64,000 nucleotides of DNA from positions 856,631 through 920,630 of the forward strand of contig CBDCNM010000001.1 in NCBI GenBank assembly GCA_965219385.1, read 5' to 3'. Made by a program: the position numbers and the translations under genes. Numbering within the stretch: position 1 is the first letter of the stretch; every line of letters begins with the position of its first letter. The notes under the pieces are model-generated. The model was not told where the DNA came from. It saw only the letters and a list, made by a program, of their open reading frames with translations, and searched no databases. Positions 17,917-28,437 of the stretch are shown piece by piece. This stretch comes from Candidatus Latescibacterota bacterium (GTDB taxonomy: Bacteria; Latescibacterota; UBA2968; UBA8231).

Positions 17917-20550
17917 ATGCGATGGACGTATTTGCCGGAAGGGATAAAGATGTGTACAGGTGGCATCGCCCTTTGCGTCGGCACAGCCCTTGCCGGATGG
18001 CTGCCAGGGCCTGCTCAGGGCCAGACCCTGCCGACCGAAGAGCACCCGAGTCTTCTTTTTACGGCCGACCAGATTCCCGTACTCAAAGAGCGCATACAGC
18101 GCGAGCCCTATGCCACCTGGTGGCAGATTGTCCTCGATCGGGCCGAGTCCGTGCCTTCCAGTATCGCCGCTGAGCGCACCAAGGCCCGTTTCGCCAAGAG
18201 CCTGGCCTTTGCCTATTTGATGACCGACGACCCCGGATATGCCCGGCAGGCCGTGGAATTGCTCCTGGACATGAGGTTCCCACCGCGGGGCGGCGACCTG
18301 GGCGAGCCCCACAACGAAGGGGAGGTGGTGGCGCTTTATGCCCTGGCCTATGATATGATCCACAACTTCGTCCAGGACGATGCCGCAGCCCTCGAGGAGA
18401 TCCGCACCATCCTGGCCGAAGAGGCCCAGCGCATCCACGATGGCATTGTCATCCAGGAGATCGACCTGGGCTTTACGACCCTGAAGATCCGCCTGGACAA
18501 CACCCCCGATCCGAGGGATTTGAGCGGCAATACCCTGCACCTGAATAACTGGCACGTGCGGGCCTACGGCGGCCTGGGTATGGCGGCTTTCGCATTGAGC
18601 GATCACCCCGGCGGCGACGATACCCCGCAGGAGTGGGCCGACCAGGCCTTCGACTTGGTCACTCGCTCGCTGTGGCACCAGATAGACGAAATCGACGGTG
18701 GGTATGCCGAGGGGCCGTTCTACAGCCGTTATGCCGCGGATGTGTACCTGCCCTATATGTTCGCGCTCAAAAAGTTGACGGGGGTCAATCTTTTCGTCGA
18801 TGCCACAATACAGAAGATGCACGACTGGTCTTTGAACCTGCGTCTGCCCAATGGTAAGCGGCCCAATACCGACGATGGCCATCTGGACGACTTTTACGGC
18901 CACTACCTGTCCGCGGTGTACGCGAACGGGGGGGTGAACCGCTGGGACTGGGAAAACAATGTCGATGGACTCTACGTGCGCGAGTTTTCCGAGATGGACG
19001 CCATTGCCCTGTACGACGACAGGGTGGCGGCCCAGGAGCCTGCCCATGGCCCGACGATTTTCATGCCCGCAGCCGGCGATGCGGTCTTTCGCAGCGACTG
19101 GTCCACCGGGGCTACCTATATGCTGCTGCGCGGCGAGCATGGCCGGGCGCGCGCCCAGGGCCTGGCCCACGAGCACCCGGACGAGACCAGCTTCATCATC
19201 TACGCCGGCGGTGAAATGTTGGCCCTCGATGCCGGGTACATCAACTTCGCCAATCACGACAAGGTGAACCGGGGCCGCAATCACAACGTAATCCTGGTGG
19301 ATGGGGAAGGCCCTCCCCTCTACGTCGTCCCTCTTCTGGGCCAGGCCATAGACGGGGGCAACGATGCCTTTATAGAGGAGTTTTTCACCAGCGATTTCAT
19401 GGACTACGCCGAAGTCAGGGCAGCCTATTCAGGGGTGGATATTCGCCGCCGCGTCATGTTCCCGGGCAAGGCTTACTTCGTCGTGGCCGACGAGCTCATG
19501 GACGACCAGACACACCACTACGAATGGCGTCTGCACGGTCACGGTGGGGGCCGTAGCGGAGGCGCGTACGAGCGCACGGGCAATCTGGCGCGCTGGACCC
19601 GGACTCGGGCTGAATTGCTGGCCTATATGCCCGATGGCGGGGGCCTGGCCTTCAGTGAGCGCGACACCTTGCATTCGTTCGATTTCCTGGAGGAGCCGAC
19701 CCACACCATGTTGCTGGTCGAGCAGACGGGCGCCAATGCGGAATTCCTGACCATATTGTATCCCCGCTCTCTAGACCAGGCCGAACCGGCCTTTTCCGGA
19801 ATTGAAGCTCGGGGAGGAAAGGTCGCGCAGCTCGAACTCGGCCAGAGACAGGACCTAGCCTGGGTGCAGACGGCAACAGCCGCTCATATCGTCTTCAGCG
19901 GACCGGCGGGTTCACTAGACAGCGATGGCAGGTTCGGGTTTGTGCGTTACGAGGGGGGGCGGCTGGGCGGCTTCAATGTCCAGGACGGCAGCTATTTGAA
20001 TTCCGGCGGAAAAGCAATCTTCAGCGCTTCGCAGGCCGTGGATTTCAGCCTGGCAATCACCCCGACCACGGTGGAGGGGTTTGTGCGCGGACCCGATGCG
20101 GGGTACCAGGTATCCATCGCCATGCTGGGATCTGTGGAAGAGGTGAAATTCGACGGGATTCTGGTGGATATGGCGCTGGAGAACGATATCTTGACCCTGG
20201 CGCTGGAGGGCGAGGGCGCTCTCAGCTTGGCCCAGGACACTGCTATCCTGGACGGACGGGCGGCCCGACCGGCGAGGTTCCAGCTGCTGCAAAACTACCC
20301 CAATCCCTTCAATGTGCAGACCAGCATCGTCTACCAGGTCGCGCAGGACACCCGGATCCGGCTGAGCATTTACAACCTGGCCGGACAACAGGTGCAGCGC
20401 CTGGTCGACCAGATCCAGCCGGCCGGGGCCTATCGGGTTTTCTGGGATGGAACGGATGCGGCCGGAAAGGCCGTGGGCAGCGGGGTGTATATTTACCGTT
20501 TGCAGGCCGGGGAAAAGCAGTTGACCCGGCGCCTTTTGCTGCTGAAATAA
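17917..20550 (+). CDS. Secreted heparinase II/III-like polysaccharide lyase with C-terminal FlgD-Ig/sorting domain
   Basis: HPSLLF, NNW, DGGYAEGPFY, FRSDW, HEHPD, LDAGY, HNVILVDG; C-terminal QNYPNPFN...WDGTD...SGVYIYRL; start moved to ATG 17917. Confidence 0.8.
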   Translation: MRWTYLPEGIKMCTGGIALCVGTALAGWLPGPAQGQTLPTEEHPSLLFTADQIPVLKERIQREPYATWWQIVLDRAESVPSSIAAERTKARFAKSLAFAYLMTDDPGYARQAVELLLDMRFPPRGGDLGEPHNEGEVVALYALAYDMIHNFVQDDAAALEEIRTILAEEAQRIHDGIVIQEIDLGFTTLKIRLDNTPDPRDLSGNTLHLNNWHVRAYGGLGMAAFALSDHPGGDDTPQEWADQAFDLVTRSLWHQIDEIDGGYAEGPFYSRYAADVYLPYMFALKKLTGVNLFVDATIQKMHDWSLNLRLPNGKRPNTDDGHLDDFYGHYLSAVYANGGVNRWDWENNVDGLYVREFSEMDAIALYDDRVAAQEPAHGPTIFMPAAGDAVFRSDWSTGATYMLLRGEHGRARAQGLAHEHPDETSFIIYAGGEMLALDAGYINFANHDKVNRGRNHNVILVDGEGPPLYVVPLLGQAIDGGNDAFIEEFFTSDFMDYAEVRAAYSGVDIRRRVMFPGKAYFVVADELMDDQTHHYEWRLHGHGGGRSGGAYERTGNLARWTRTRAELLAYMPDGGGLAFSERDTLHSFDFLEEPTHTMLLVEQTGANAEFLTILYPRSLDQAEPAFSGIEARGGKVAQLELGQRQDLAWVQTATAAHIVFSGPAGSLDSDGRFGFVRYEGGRLGGFNVQDGSYLNSGGKAIFSASQAVDFSLAITPTTVEGFVRGPDAGYQVSIAMLGSVEEVKFDGILVDMALENDILTLALEGEGALSLAQDTAILDGRAARPARFQLLQNYPNPFNVQTSIVYQVAQDTRIRLSIYNLAGQQVQRLVDQIQPAGAYRVFWDGTDAAGKAVGSGVYIYRLQAGEKQLTRRLLLLK

Positions 20551-20626
20551 TTGAGATCCCTCAACTTTTTCCGCTGCATCCGCATCGGCCAGTACGATCT
20601 GCAAATGGACTGAGACGGCTTTCTAA

Positions 20627-20696
20627 GAAGCCTTTTTAAAATTCCTGGTCGCCCGAGCCCGAGCGCATTGGCTGCCTTGTGCCAGGCAAAAGCGGC
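20627..20696. mobile_element. Partial MITE / IS5-type end, inverted copy of 21310-21379
   Basis: 70 bp matching the reverse complement of 21310-21379; preceded by TAA. Confidence 0.8.
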
Positions 20697-20735
20697 GGAC
20701 AAGGCGGGCGAATCCGTACATCCAGCCCGACCACG

Positions 20736-21197
20736 TCATCTAGAGAGTTGAGCGGTCTGACCGCGGCCAAGGAAGTTGTAGTCCAGCGCGATCAGGCCAC
20801 AGCTCAGTTCTTCGATCGCACCTGAAAACTGGGGAGATAGAGCCCGCGAGTAAAGATCCTGGACTTGCACCAGGATGGTGGCTTTGCCGTGCTCCTCCTG
20901 AACGTGGATATCGGGGTTGCCCAGATAGAGCAGGCGCCGCAGATTGCGGGCGGTTTCGGCCACCAGATTGGAATCGAGCCGGTCGCCCAGGACAAAGAGG
21001 AGTTCGCGGCGGATGACATGGGTGTGGGTGCGGGTATTTCCCTGGATGGTTATGCTGTCGATGACTGAGGAAGAATTGGCAGTGAGGACCGCCTGGCAGA
21101 AAGGGGGAAACACTACCAGAAAACCAAGAAGGGATATGCGGCTCATTGCATTGCAATATCTAGTAGGTGAAAATGCTATAATACAGGCAAAGGACAT
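20736..21197 (-). pseudogene. Truncated POTRA / BamA-TamA-family outer membrane protein
   Basis: IDSITIQGNTRTHTHVIRRELLF, ETARNLRRL, YNFLGRGQ, then stops; barrel domain missing. Confidence 0.75.
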
Positions 21198-21271
21198 TAT
21201 CGTCTCAAAGATATCAAGCCCGGGCCGAGGATTTGCCGCTATTTCCGGTTTTTAATATACTGCTCTACTAA

Positions 21272-21379
21272 GAAGCTTTCTTAAAACCCCCGTCGGCCTT
21301 CGCCCGGCTGCCGCTTTTGCCTGGCACAAGGCAGCCAATGCGCTCGGGCTCGGGCGACCAGGAATTTTAAAAAGGCTTC
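21272..21379. mobile_element. 108-bp MITE with IS5-type ends
   Basis: TIRs GAAGCTTTCTTAAAA / TTTTAAAAAGGCTTC; TAA duplication on both sides; no ORF. Confidence 0.85.
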
Positions 21380-21437
21380 TAAAAATTGGCCGCCGTAAAT
21401 TCCCAGCCCAGGATAACTACTTCCGAGCAAGGGTCCC

Positions 21438-22157
21438 ATGGCAAAGATCAGCTTAAAGAAAAGAATCCAGAACGGCGAGACCGTGGTGGGGGTCAGGGTC
21501 CCCGCCACTATTTCAGGAGATGATTTTAAGGCCGCTGTGGAGGAGCGGCCCTACGACTTTGTTTTTACCGATGGGCAGCACTCGGCCCTCAGCGAGGATA
21601 GACTGGTCGAGTTTTGCGCCATGGCGGATGCATTCGATCTCCCGGTCCGTTTTCGCATAAAGCATACCAGCCAGGCTTACTTGATCGGCAATTACCTGGA
21701 TCTGGGGCCGTCTGGAATAGAAGTGCCCCAGGTTGGGCAGGAAGCAGAAGCGGATGAAGCTATAGATAGTTTTTATTATCCTCCTCTGGGGCATAGGAGT
21801 TTTGGGGGCGGGGCGAGAAAGAATGTGGATGAATTCCCCGATTCGAAGAAATACGGCAAATGGTGGAACGACTATGGCATATTGTGGATTCAGGTGGAGT
21901 CTGTCGCCGGGGTGACCAATGCCTATTCGCTGGCAAAACCAGGAGTCGATTGTCTATCTTTCGGACCTACGGACCTGAGTATCGATCTCGAGTACCACCC
22001 CCATCCCTATCTGAAAACCATGGATGATTGCATCGTGTACGTAGCCAGAGCCCTGGAGGGTACCGCTACCGGCATTTGTTTGAGGACCACAATGGATCAA
22101 CAGAAAAAATACGCCGATCTGGGGGTCAACGTGTTTCTCTTTGCGCCTGGTTCGTGA
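21438..22157 (+). CDS. HpcH/HpaI aldolase / citrate lyase family protein
   Basis: FTDGQHS, LDLGPSGIEVPQV, YPPLGHRS, IQVES, FGPTDLS. Confidence 0.85.
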   Translation: MAKISLKKRIQNGETVVGVRVPATISGDDFKAAVEERPYDFVFTDGQHSALSEDRLVEFCAMADAFDLPVRFRIKHTSQAYLIGNYLDLGPSGIEVPQVGQEAEADEAIDSFYYPPLGHRSFGGGARKNVDEFPDSKKYGKWWNDYGILWIQVESVAGVTNAYSLAKPGVDCLSFGPTDLSIDLEYHPHPYLKTMDDCIVYVARALEGTATGICLRTTMDQQKKYADLGVNVFLFAPGS

Positions 22158-22181
22158 GGGAACAGCCGTGGACGCACCTGG

Positions 22182-23465
22182 ATGATCTACGCTCAACTGG
22201 TCCGCTTTCTCGTTCCACTGATGTTCACCCAGGTGGTCCAGGAATTCGGTGGACAGTTTTTGAACGGGGGGATGGCCCGGGCTCCTCAGGCCACCCGGAT
22301 CCTCGCGGCCTATGGGTTGGCCTGGGGCCTGACAGGCTTCCTCACCAGTAGCTTGTCGCAGATAAGCCAGGTGGGGCTGGTCCTGGTCGAAAGCCACAGG
22401 GCCCGGTTGAAAATACAGTATTTCGTCTTGGGGAGTGGGGGATTGCTGGGCGCTGTGCTCTTGTTTCTCGCTCTGAGCCCGATGGGGGTATGGGTGATTG
22501 ATGAAGTGCACGGAGTGGGGGGCGAACTGGGCAGGGTCGTGAGACAGGCCATCCTCTGGCTGGTCCCCATGCCGGTTCTGGAGGGATTGGTTCGGCTGTA
22601 TTCAGGTTTATTGCTGCGGGTGCGGCGCACCGAGGTGCTCAGCTATGCCATCACCGGCAGCGTAGGCGCCAGCATTTCCGCGGTGTTCCTTTTCCTCCCG
22701 CTCCAATTTGTTCAACAACAGCCGATTCGTCTGCCCATTCTGGTTACCTATGTGGGGCTACTGGTGAATCTGGTTGTCATTCTGTGGGGCTACCGGAGGT
22801 ACGTCAGGGCCGAGCTTGCAAAAGAGACCGGGGATGTGGAATTGCCTTACGTGCTCAACTTCTTCTGGCCCCTGGCTCTGGTCATGGCCATCCAGGGGCT
22901 GAGCCGTCCCCTGGTCAACCTCTTTGTGTCCAGAGGACCGAATGGCGCGGAGGCCGTCGCCGCTCTGGCGGTGGTCTACACCCTGGCCCACATGGGCTAT
23001 GGTTGGTTGAATGATATGCGAAGTTTACCGGCTGCTTTTGCAGGGACCACCAACAGTCTACACGCCATTCGTCGATTTATTTCCGGGTGCGGTTTGCTGT
23101 CTTTTATGGCCATGGCGATCCTGTTCTGGACGCCCTTGCGGAGCTTTATCCTCGAAGAGTTGATCGGCATAGAGTCCAACCTGGCCGAGCTGTGTCGGAT
23201 ACCGCTTGTCATCTTTACATTTTTCCCTCTTGTAGTGGCGGTGCGCGCCTACCTGCACGGGGTTGCCCTCAAGGAGCATCGCACCAAGACCCTGGCTCCG
23301 AGCGCGCCCTCCCGGATCGGCATCATCTTTGGGGCCCTGGTGGTGTTGCCTTGGTCCGGTCTGCATGGCGCCACCCTCGGTGTGGCGGCATTGTTGTGCG
23401 GTTTTGTCCTGGAAACCCTGGTGGTTTGGTGGAGGGGGCAGGGCCGCGAACCCGCGGTAAAATAA
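22182..23465 (+). CDS. ANKH-like (MOP/MATE superfamily) membrane transporter
   Basis: Multi-TM; [48 protein letters not shown] and HMGYGWL match recalled vertebrate ANKH motifs. Confidence 0.75.
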   Translation: [427 protein letters not shown]

Positions 23466-23684
23466 GAAAGAAGATATGAAATCACGTGATATGGCCGGCT
23501 GTGGGACAAGTCGCCGTAGAGGATAGCGCTGTACCCGATCCGGGGCCTGGACAAGTCATGGAGTGGAAGTAACGCGGACCCAGGTCGGCTCGTGTCCTCG
23601 ATCAAATTGCTTGCGCTTCTCCAAAGGCTTTTGTACCATTCAACGGCAGTCCGTCTACATTTATTTTTAACAAGGAGTCCGAAT

Positions 23685-24311
23685 ATGCAACTGGGAAGAG
23701 GGTGTTTGAGGGTATTGGCTGTGCTGTCCGTAGTGGTTTACAGCCCGTTACAGCCCGTCCATGCCGATCTATCCGGCTTTATAGGTTCAGTGAGATTCGA
23801 CGAGGACGCCAATCTCAACCCGGGTATGGGGTTCGGGCTCCGCTGGGGAAGATCGAGCGGACTGATTGGTGGGGAGACCTCGGTGATGATCGTCCGGCCC
23901 GAGCGCGACCTCAAAGAGATCAAGGAATCCGCTACCGCCATATTTTACGAAGCTCGGTTGCTGGCCAACATTCCCGCCGGTGTGGTTTCTCCCTTTGTCG
24001 GAGTAGGTTTCGGGCAGATCATTGTAACCGCTACGGATGTTCCCACCAGTGTGCCCGGTGTGCCCGCTGAAAAAATAGAGGCCTTTAAAGCCGTGTCCAA
24101 GTTGCAGATCAGCAATGCCCTCAGCTATGGTGGGGGAATCCGTTACAGCCTGAACGAGCGGGTGGATTTGAGGGCGGATCTGCGTCAGTACCTGGTCTTT
24201 TCGGTTGCGGGGCTGGCGGCAGAGCAATTGCAGAAACAGGCGGGTTTAGAGCCTGAAGAAAGCACCGTGCGGTACAATGAACTCAGTGCTGGCGTGAATT
24301 TCCGATTCTGA
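23685..24311 (+). CDS. Outer membrane beta-barrel protein
   Basis: Signal peptide, SPFVGVGFG, YGGGIRY, terminal GVNFRF; RBS AAGGAG before ATG 23685. Confidence 0.75.
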   Translation: MQLGRGCLRVLAVLSVVVYSPLQPVHADLSGFIGSVRFDEDANLNPGMGFGLRWGRSSGLIGGETSVMIVRPERDLKEIKESATAIFYEARLLANIPAGVVSPFVGVGFGQIIVTATDVPTSVPGVPAEKIEAFKAVSKLQISNALSYGGGIRYSLNERVDLRADLRQYLVFSVAGLAAEQLQKQAGLEPEESTVRYNELSAGVNFRF

Positions 24312-24359
24312 GAAGCCTTCTGAAGCCTTCTGAAGCGCCATCTCTATCACAGTCCAAGG

Positions 24360-24435
24360 ATAAACCCAACGGACAAAGCGCTCGGGATGGGCGGCGAAGG
24401 CCGCGTCGAGTACCTCTTGGCGCTGGTTTTGGACT
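24360..24435 (-). mobile_element. IS3-family transposase C-terminal remnant
   Basis: QRQEVLDAAFAAHPERFV motif. Confidence 0.55.
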
Positions 24436-24575
24436 GATGCCGACATAGACAAAGAAATAAAGCCCCTTGGCCGGTTCCCACGGCTTCCTGATGGCCCATG
24501 TGTTATTGGTGGCGAATTTTGGATTTTGTGCGGTTTCCGACGACGATCCCGATCTCCTGTGAGATCGTTTTTTTT

Positions 24576-25379
24576 ATGAAAGTGTTGCAGCTAGGACATA
24601 TCACCTCTGGATACCACCCGCGCCAACCCGTGATTCGAGGGATGGACCTCGAACTGGGCGCCGGCGATTTTCTAGGGCTAATAGGTCCCAACGGATGCGG
24701 CAAAAGCACCCTGATCCGGACGATTACCGGGGTGATTCCTCTTTGGGGGGGCACAATTTACCTTGGCGGTCGCAGCTTGAATGCACTTTCGCGCAAGGAG
24801 ATAGCCCAGTTTGTCGGAGTGGTCCCTCAAGATACCTCGAGCAAGTTCGCTTTTACGGTGCGCGAAATTGTTGCGATGGGGAGGCATCCCTATACAGGCT
24901 GGTTTAAACGAGCCCATGTACAGGACCATGAGATCGTTGAGGAGACGCTTGAACAGACCGGGATCTCCCATCTGGCCAATCGCAATGTGCTGGAACTGTC
25001 GGGTGGTGAACGCCAGCGGGTGATCATCGCGCGGGCCCTGGCACAAAAGCCAAAGGTCCTGTTGCTGGACGAGCCTACCAACCACCTGGACATCAACCAC
25101 CAAGTGGAGGTCTTCGACTTGCTGTACCGGCTAAACCAGGATCGGGATCTGGCCCTTTTGTGCGCAACCCACGACCTGAACTTCGCCGCCGAGTACTGTG
25201 CCCGGATCCTGTTGATGAGCCAGGGCCGGACCTATGCCTTTGGCTCGCCCGAAGAAGTGCTTACCAGGGGTATCATCAGCGAGGTGTACGGCATTGAGGT
25301 CAAGATTGAGTGTGGGGGAGCGGGCAGTGGACCAAGGGTCATTCCCATATCGGGAAAGTCGCGCCAAGAACAAGAATAA
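24576..25379 (+). CDS. Iron-siderophore/cobalamin ABC transporter ATPase
   Basis: GPNGCGKST, LSGGERQR, LDEPTNHLDI. Confidence 0.9.
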   Translation: MKVLQLGHITSGYHPRQPVIRGMDLELGAGDFLGLIGPNGCGKSTLIRTITGVIPLWGGTIYLGGRSLNALSRKEIAQFVGVVPQDTSSKFAFTVREIVAMGRHPYTGWFKRAHVQDHEIVEETLEQTGISHLANRNVLELSGGERQRVIIARALAQKPKVLLLDEPTNHLDINHQVEVFDLLYRLNQDRDLALLCATHDLNFAAEYCARILLMSQGRTYAFGSPEEVLTRGIISEVYGIEVKIECGGAGSGPRVIPISGKSRQEQE

Positions 25380-25398
25380 GAGAAAGGCAGCGGGCACC

Positions 25399-26313
25399 AT
25401 GGATAAAGGCAAGGTTTGCATCGGCCTTGCAGGCCTGTGGATCGGGCTGTCGGGGTACCCTTGTGGGGCGACCGGGGTCAAAGACGATCTGGGCATCGAG
25501 GTGGGGCTGGCAACTTCACCACAGCGCATCATTTCCCTGGCCCCGAACAATACTGAACTGCTCTTCGCGCTGGGCTTGGGGGAAAAATTGGTCGGGGTCA
25601 CCGAGTATTGCGACTATCCGGAAGCAGCCCAGAGCATTGACAGGGTGGGCGGCTATTCCACCATGAGCGTAGAAAAAATCGTCGCTGCCGATCCGGATCT
25701 GGTGGTGGGAGCCCGCGGCAATGATCCAGAGGGGCTTGAGACCTTAAGGCAAATGGAAATCAAGGTTTTTGCACTGGATATTCAAACCGTGGATCAATTG
25801 CTCCTCGCCGTCCAGCGGCTCGGTGCATTGACCGGAGCCGAAGCCCAAGCCGAGATCCTGAGGCAGGCCTGGAAAAGGCGGGTGGAGCAAGTAAAAGCGG
25901 CGGTGGATACCCTTGCGGAGCGTCCGGGGGTGTTGTGGGGGTACTGGGGCGAGACAGTGTATACAGCCGGCAAAGGCAATGTGATCGACGATGTGATCCA
26001 CCTCGCCGGAGGTGAGAACGTGGGCCGGGCAGCACCCGGCACCTGGCCCCAGGTAAGTGTGGAGACCATAGTTTCCTGGGCGCCTCAGGTAATCGTCACC
26101 ACCTATCTACCTGGACATGCAGGAGAGGATTTTCTCCAAAAAGAAATCGCCAGGTTGCAGGGAATGGATGGCTGGAAGAGCGTATCCGCGGTGCGCAAGG
26201 GCCGGATCTACTACGTGGAATCCGATTGGTTGATGCGCCCGGGGCCGCGCCTCATAGATGCCCTGGAGCAAATGGCCGCCCTGTTTCATCCGGGGGAATT
26301 TAAAGAACCATGA
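25399..26313 (+). CDS. Cobalamin/Fe-complex binding protein (BtuF-like)
   Basis: PQRIISLAPNNTE, VGVTEYCDYP, RPGPRLIDALE. Confidence 0.85.
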   Translation: MDKGKVCIGLAGLWIGLSGYPCGATGVKDDLGIEVGLATSPQRIISLAPNNTELLFALGLGEKLVGVTEYCDYPEAAQSIDRVGGYSTMSVEKIVAADPDLVVGARGNDPEGLETLRQMEIKVFALDIQTVDQLLLAVQRLGALTGAEAQAEILRQAWKRRVEQVKAAVDTLAERPGVLWGYWGETVYTAGKGNVIDDVIHLAGGENVGRAAPGTWPQVSVETIVSWAPQVIVTTYLPGHAGEDFLQKEIARLQGMDGWKSVSAVRKGRIYYVESDWLMRPGPRLIDALEQMAALFHPGEFKEP

Positions 26314-27341
26314 AAAGCTTTGTGCCCATGAACCTGGTCGTCCTTGTTTTGCTGGTACTGCTGGCGGCTGTAGCCATCCTTTCGCTGGGGACGGGACCGG
26401 TGCCCATTGCGCCAGGAAAGGTTTTTGTCTTGCTGATGGCAGGCGGGCTTCCAGAGGATGCGGATGAGAACACCGTCCGGCTTGGGAGCATTGTCTGGGA
26501 CCTGCGCATGCCCCGGTTGTTGCTGGCCGTTCTGGTAGGGGCTGCGCTGGCTCAAAGCGGGGCCGTAATGCAGGGGTTTTTCCAGAATCCCATGGCCGAT
26601 CCCTTCATCATCGGGGTTTCTTCAGGAGCGGCCCTGGGGGGGGTCCTGGCCTTGTCTCTGGCCATTGATTTCTGGTTTTTGGGCATCAACGCCGTATCGG
26701 TTTTCGCCCTTGCCGGCTCTTTGGGGGTGACCTTTCTGGTATACGGCATTTCTTTGCGCGGAGGACGTTTGCCGCCCACGGTCGTACTCCTGAGCGGCAT
26801 TGCAGTCGGGTCGCTGGCGGCGGCGCTCACCTCGTTCCTCTTGATAACCAGCGACAGCAACCTGCAACAGGTACTCTACTGGCTGATGGGCAGCCTGGCC
26901 TCCCGACGCTGGGAACACGTCGAGATGATCTGGCCCTACATCTTGACTGGTTTGCTCATCTTGCAGTTATTTGCGCGCGATTTAAATCTGATTCTCCAGG
27001 GTGAGGAAAATGCCCGCCACCTGGGAGTGGAGGTGGAAAGGGTAAAACGCGTCCTGCTGGTCCTGTCCGCCCTGCTGGCGGCTATCGCCGTGTCGGTGAG
27101 CGGCATCATCGGCTTTGTTGGGTTGCTGGTACCACACGTCATGAGGCTTCTGGTCGGTCCGGACCATCGCAGACTTTTTCCCGCTTCTATTCTGGGAGGG
27201 GCCGTGCTGCTGGTGGGGGCGGATGTGGTTGCCCGCACCGCGATCGCACCGGCCGAGATTCCCATCGGCATCATCACCTCGGTCCTCGGCTGTCCATTCT
27301 TTCTGTACCTGTTGAGCCGGCGGCAGGACGCGATTCTATAG
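26310..27341 (+). CDS. FecCD/BtuC-family ABC permease
   Basis: LRMPR, QGFFQNPMADP, GIIGFVGLLVPH, EIPIGIIT. Confidence 0.9.
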   Translation: MKSFVPMNLVVLVLLVLLAAVAILSLGTGPVPIAPGKVFVLLMAGGLPEDADENTVRLGSIVWDLRMPRLLLAVLVGAALAQSGAVMQGFFQNPMADPFIIGVSSGAALGGVLALSLAIDFWFLGINAVSVFALAGSLGVTFLVYGISLRGGRLPPTVVLLSGIAVGSLAAALTSFLLITSDSNLQQVLYWLMGSLASRRWEHVEMIWPYILTGLLILQLFARDLNLILQGEENARHLGVEVERVKRVLLVLSALLAAIAVSVSGIIGFVGLLVPHVMRLLVGPDHRRLFPASILGGAVLLVGADVVARTAIAPAEIPIGIITSVLGCPFFLYLLSRRQDAIL

Positions 27342-27438
27342 AAATTCACCCAGAGGAAACCCCATGGCCCGAGCGGCGATGTTGCTGGGCCCCCATTCCC
27401 ATGCGGAATAGCAGGATTAACCTGGAAGGGAGCGAAAA

Positions 27439-28437
27439 ATGCGGGCATTGGTATACGGCTTGTGGGTGTTGTGGTTGGGGTGCCAGAGCGCATCCCTGAC
27501 TGCGGCCAAGATCTACCTGCGGGAAGGAGAAGCCGACAAAGCTAGGCAGAAGCTGGAGGAGGCCCTGGTACGGGAGCCGCAAAATCCCGAGGTGCACTAT
27601 TTGCTGGGCAAAGTCGCCGCTGCGGCAGGAGATTACCAGACCATGGCTTCGGCCTTTGAAGCATCCCTTGGGCTGGGGCCTGATTTCCAATCCCAGATCC
27701 AGCAGCAGCGCCGGCACTACTGGGCCACAGAATACAACCAGGGGGTGGCTTTCGCCACGGCCGACCCGGCGAACCTGGCCGCTGCCCGGCAGTCTTTCCG
27801 CAAGGCGCTTACCATTGATTCGGGCCCCCTTGAAACTTGGCGCAACCTGGCTTTTGTCTACTATCATCTGGATAGTCTCGAGGTGGCGATCGAGGCTTAC
27901 GAGCACATCCTTGCAGAGAGCCCTGCCGACTCTGCAGCCCTTGCCCACCTCGGGGTATTGTACCTGGGGCAGGAGCGCTATGCCGAGGCAGTTGAGGCCC
28001 TGACCAGCCGGCTCGAAAACGGTCCGGCTTCCGTCGATGCGTACCTCAATCTCGGAGTCGCCTACGAACAACTGGAGCGGGCGGAAGATGCTGAAAAGGC
28101 CTATCGAGAGGCGATCCTTCTGGAGCCCCAGTCCGCCGCCGGCCACTACAACCTGGGAAATTTGTACTGGCACCGCCGGGCCTACCAGAAGGCTATAGTG
28201 GCCTATAAGAAAGCGGTGGAATTGAGCCCTGGAGATAACAATTCTCTGTACAATCTGGCGGTATGCTATCTGAGCACAGAGGATTTCGACAGGGCTTTGC
28301 CCCTGCTGGAAGATCTGTCGGAGCGCATGCCGGACAGTCCTTTGATCTGGCGCGCACTGGGCCGGGTTTATGCCCACAAGGGCAGGGTCGAGGAAAGCAA
28401 GCGCGCCTATGAAGAAGCCGATCTGCTTGGGCCTTAG
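27439..28437 (+). CDS. Tetratricopeptide-repeat protein (probable lipoprotein)
   Basis: Multiple TPR units (AYLNLGVAY, HYNLGNLY, LYNLAVCY); WLGC lipobox-like. Confidence 0.85.
   Translation: MRALVYGLWVLWLGCQSASLTAAKIYLREGEADKARQKLEEALVREPQNPEVHYLLGKVAAAAGDYQTMASAFEASLGLGPDFQSQIQQQRRHYWATEYNQGVAFATADPANLAAARQSFRKALTIDSGPLETWRNLAFVYYHLDSLEVAIEAYEHILAESPADSAALAHLGVLYLGQERYAEAVEALTSRLENGPASVDAYLNLGVAYEQLERAEDAEKAYREAILLEPQSAAGHYNLGNLYWHRRAYQKAIVAYKKAVELSPGDNNSLYNLAVCYLSTEDFDRALPLLEDLSERMPDSPLIWRALGRVYAHKGRVEESKRAYEEADLLGP

Noticed and set aside
24440..24575. Cobalamin riboswitch upstream of the btu-like operon
   Set aside because: No recognisable B12-box; the leader is short and abuts an IS remnant
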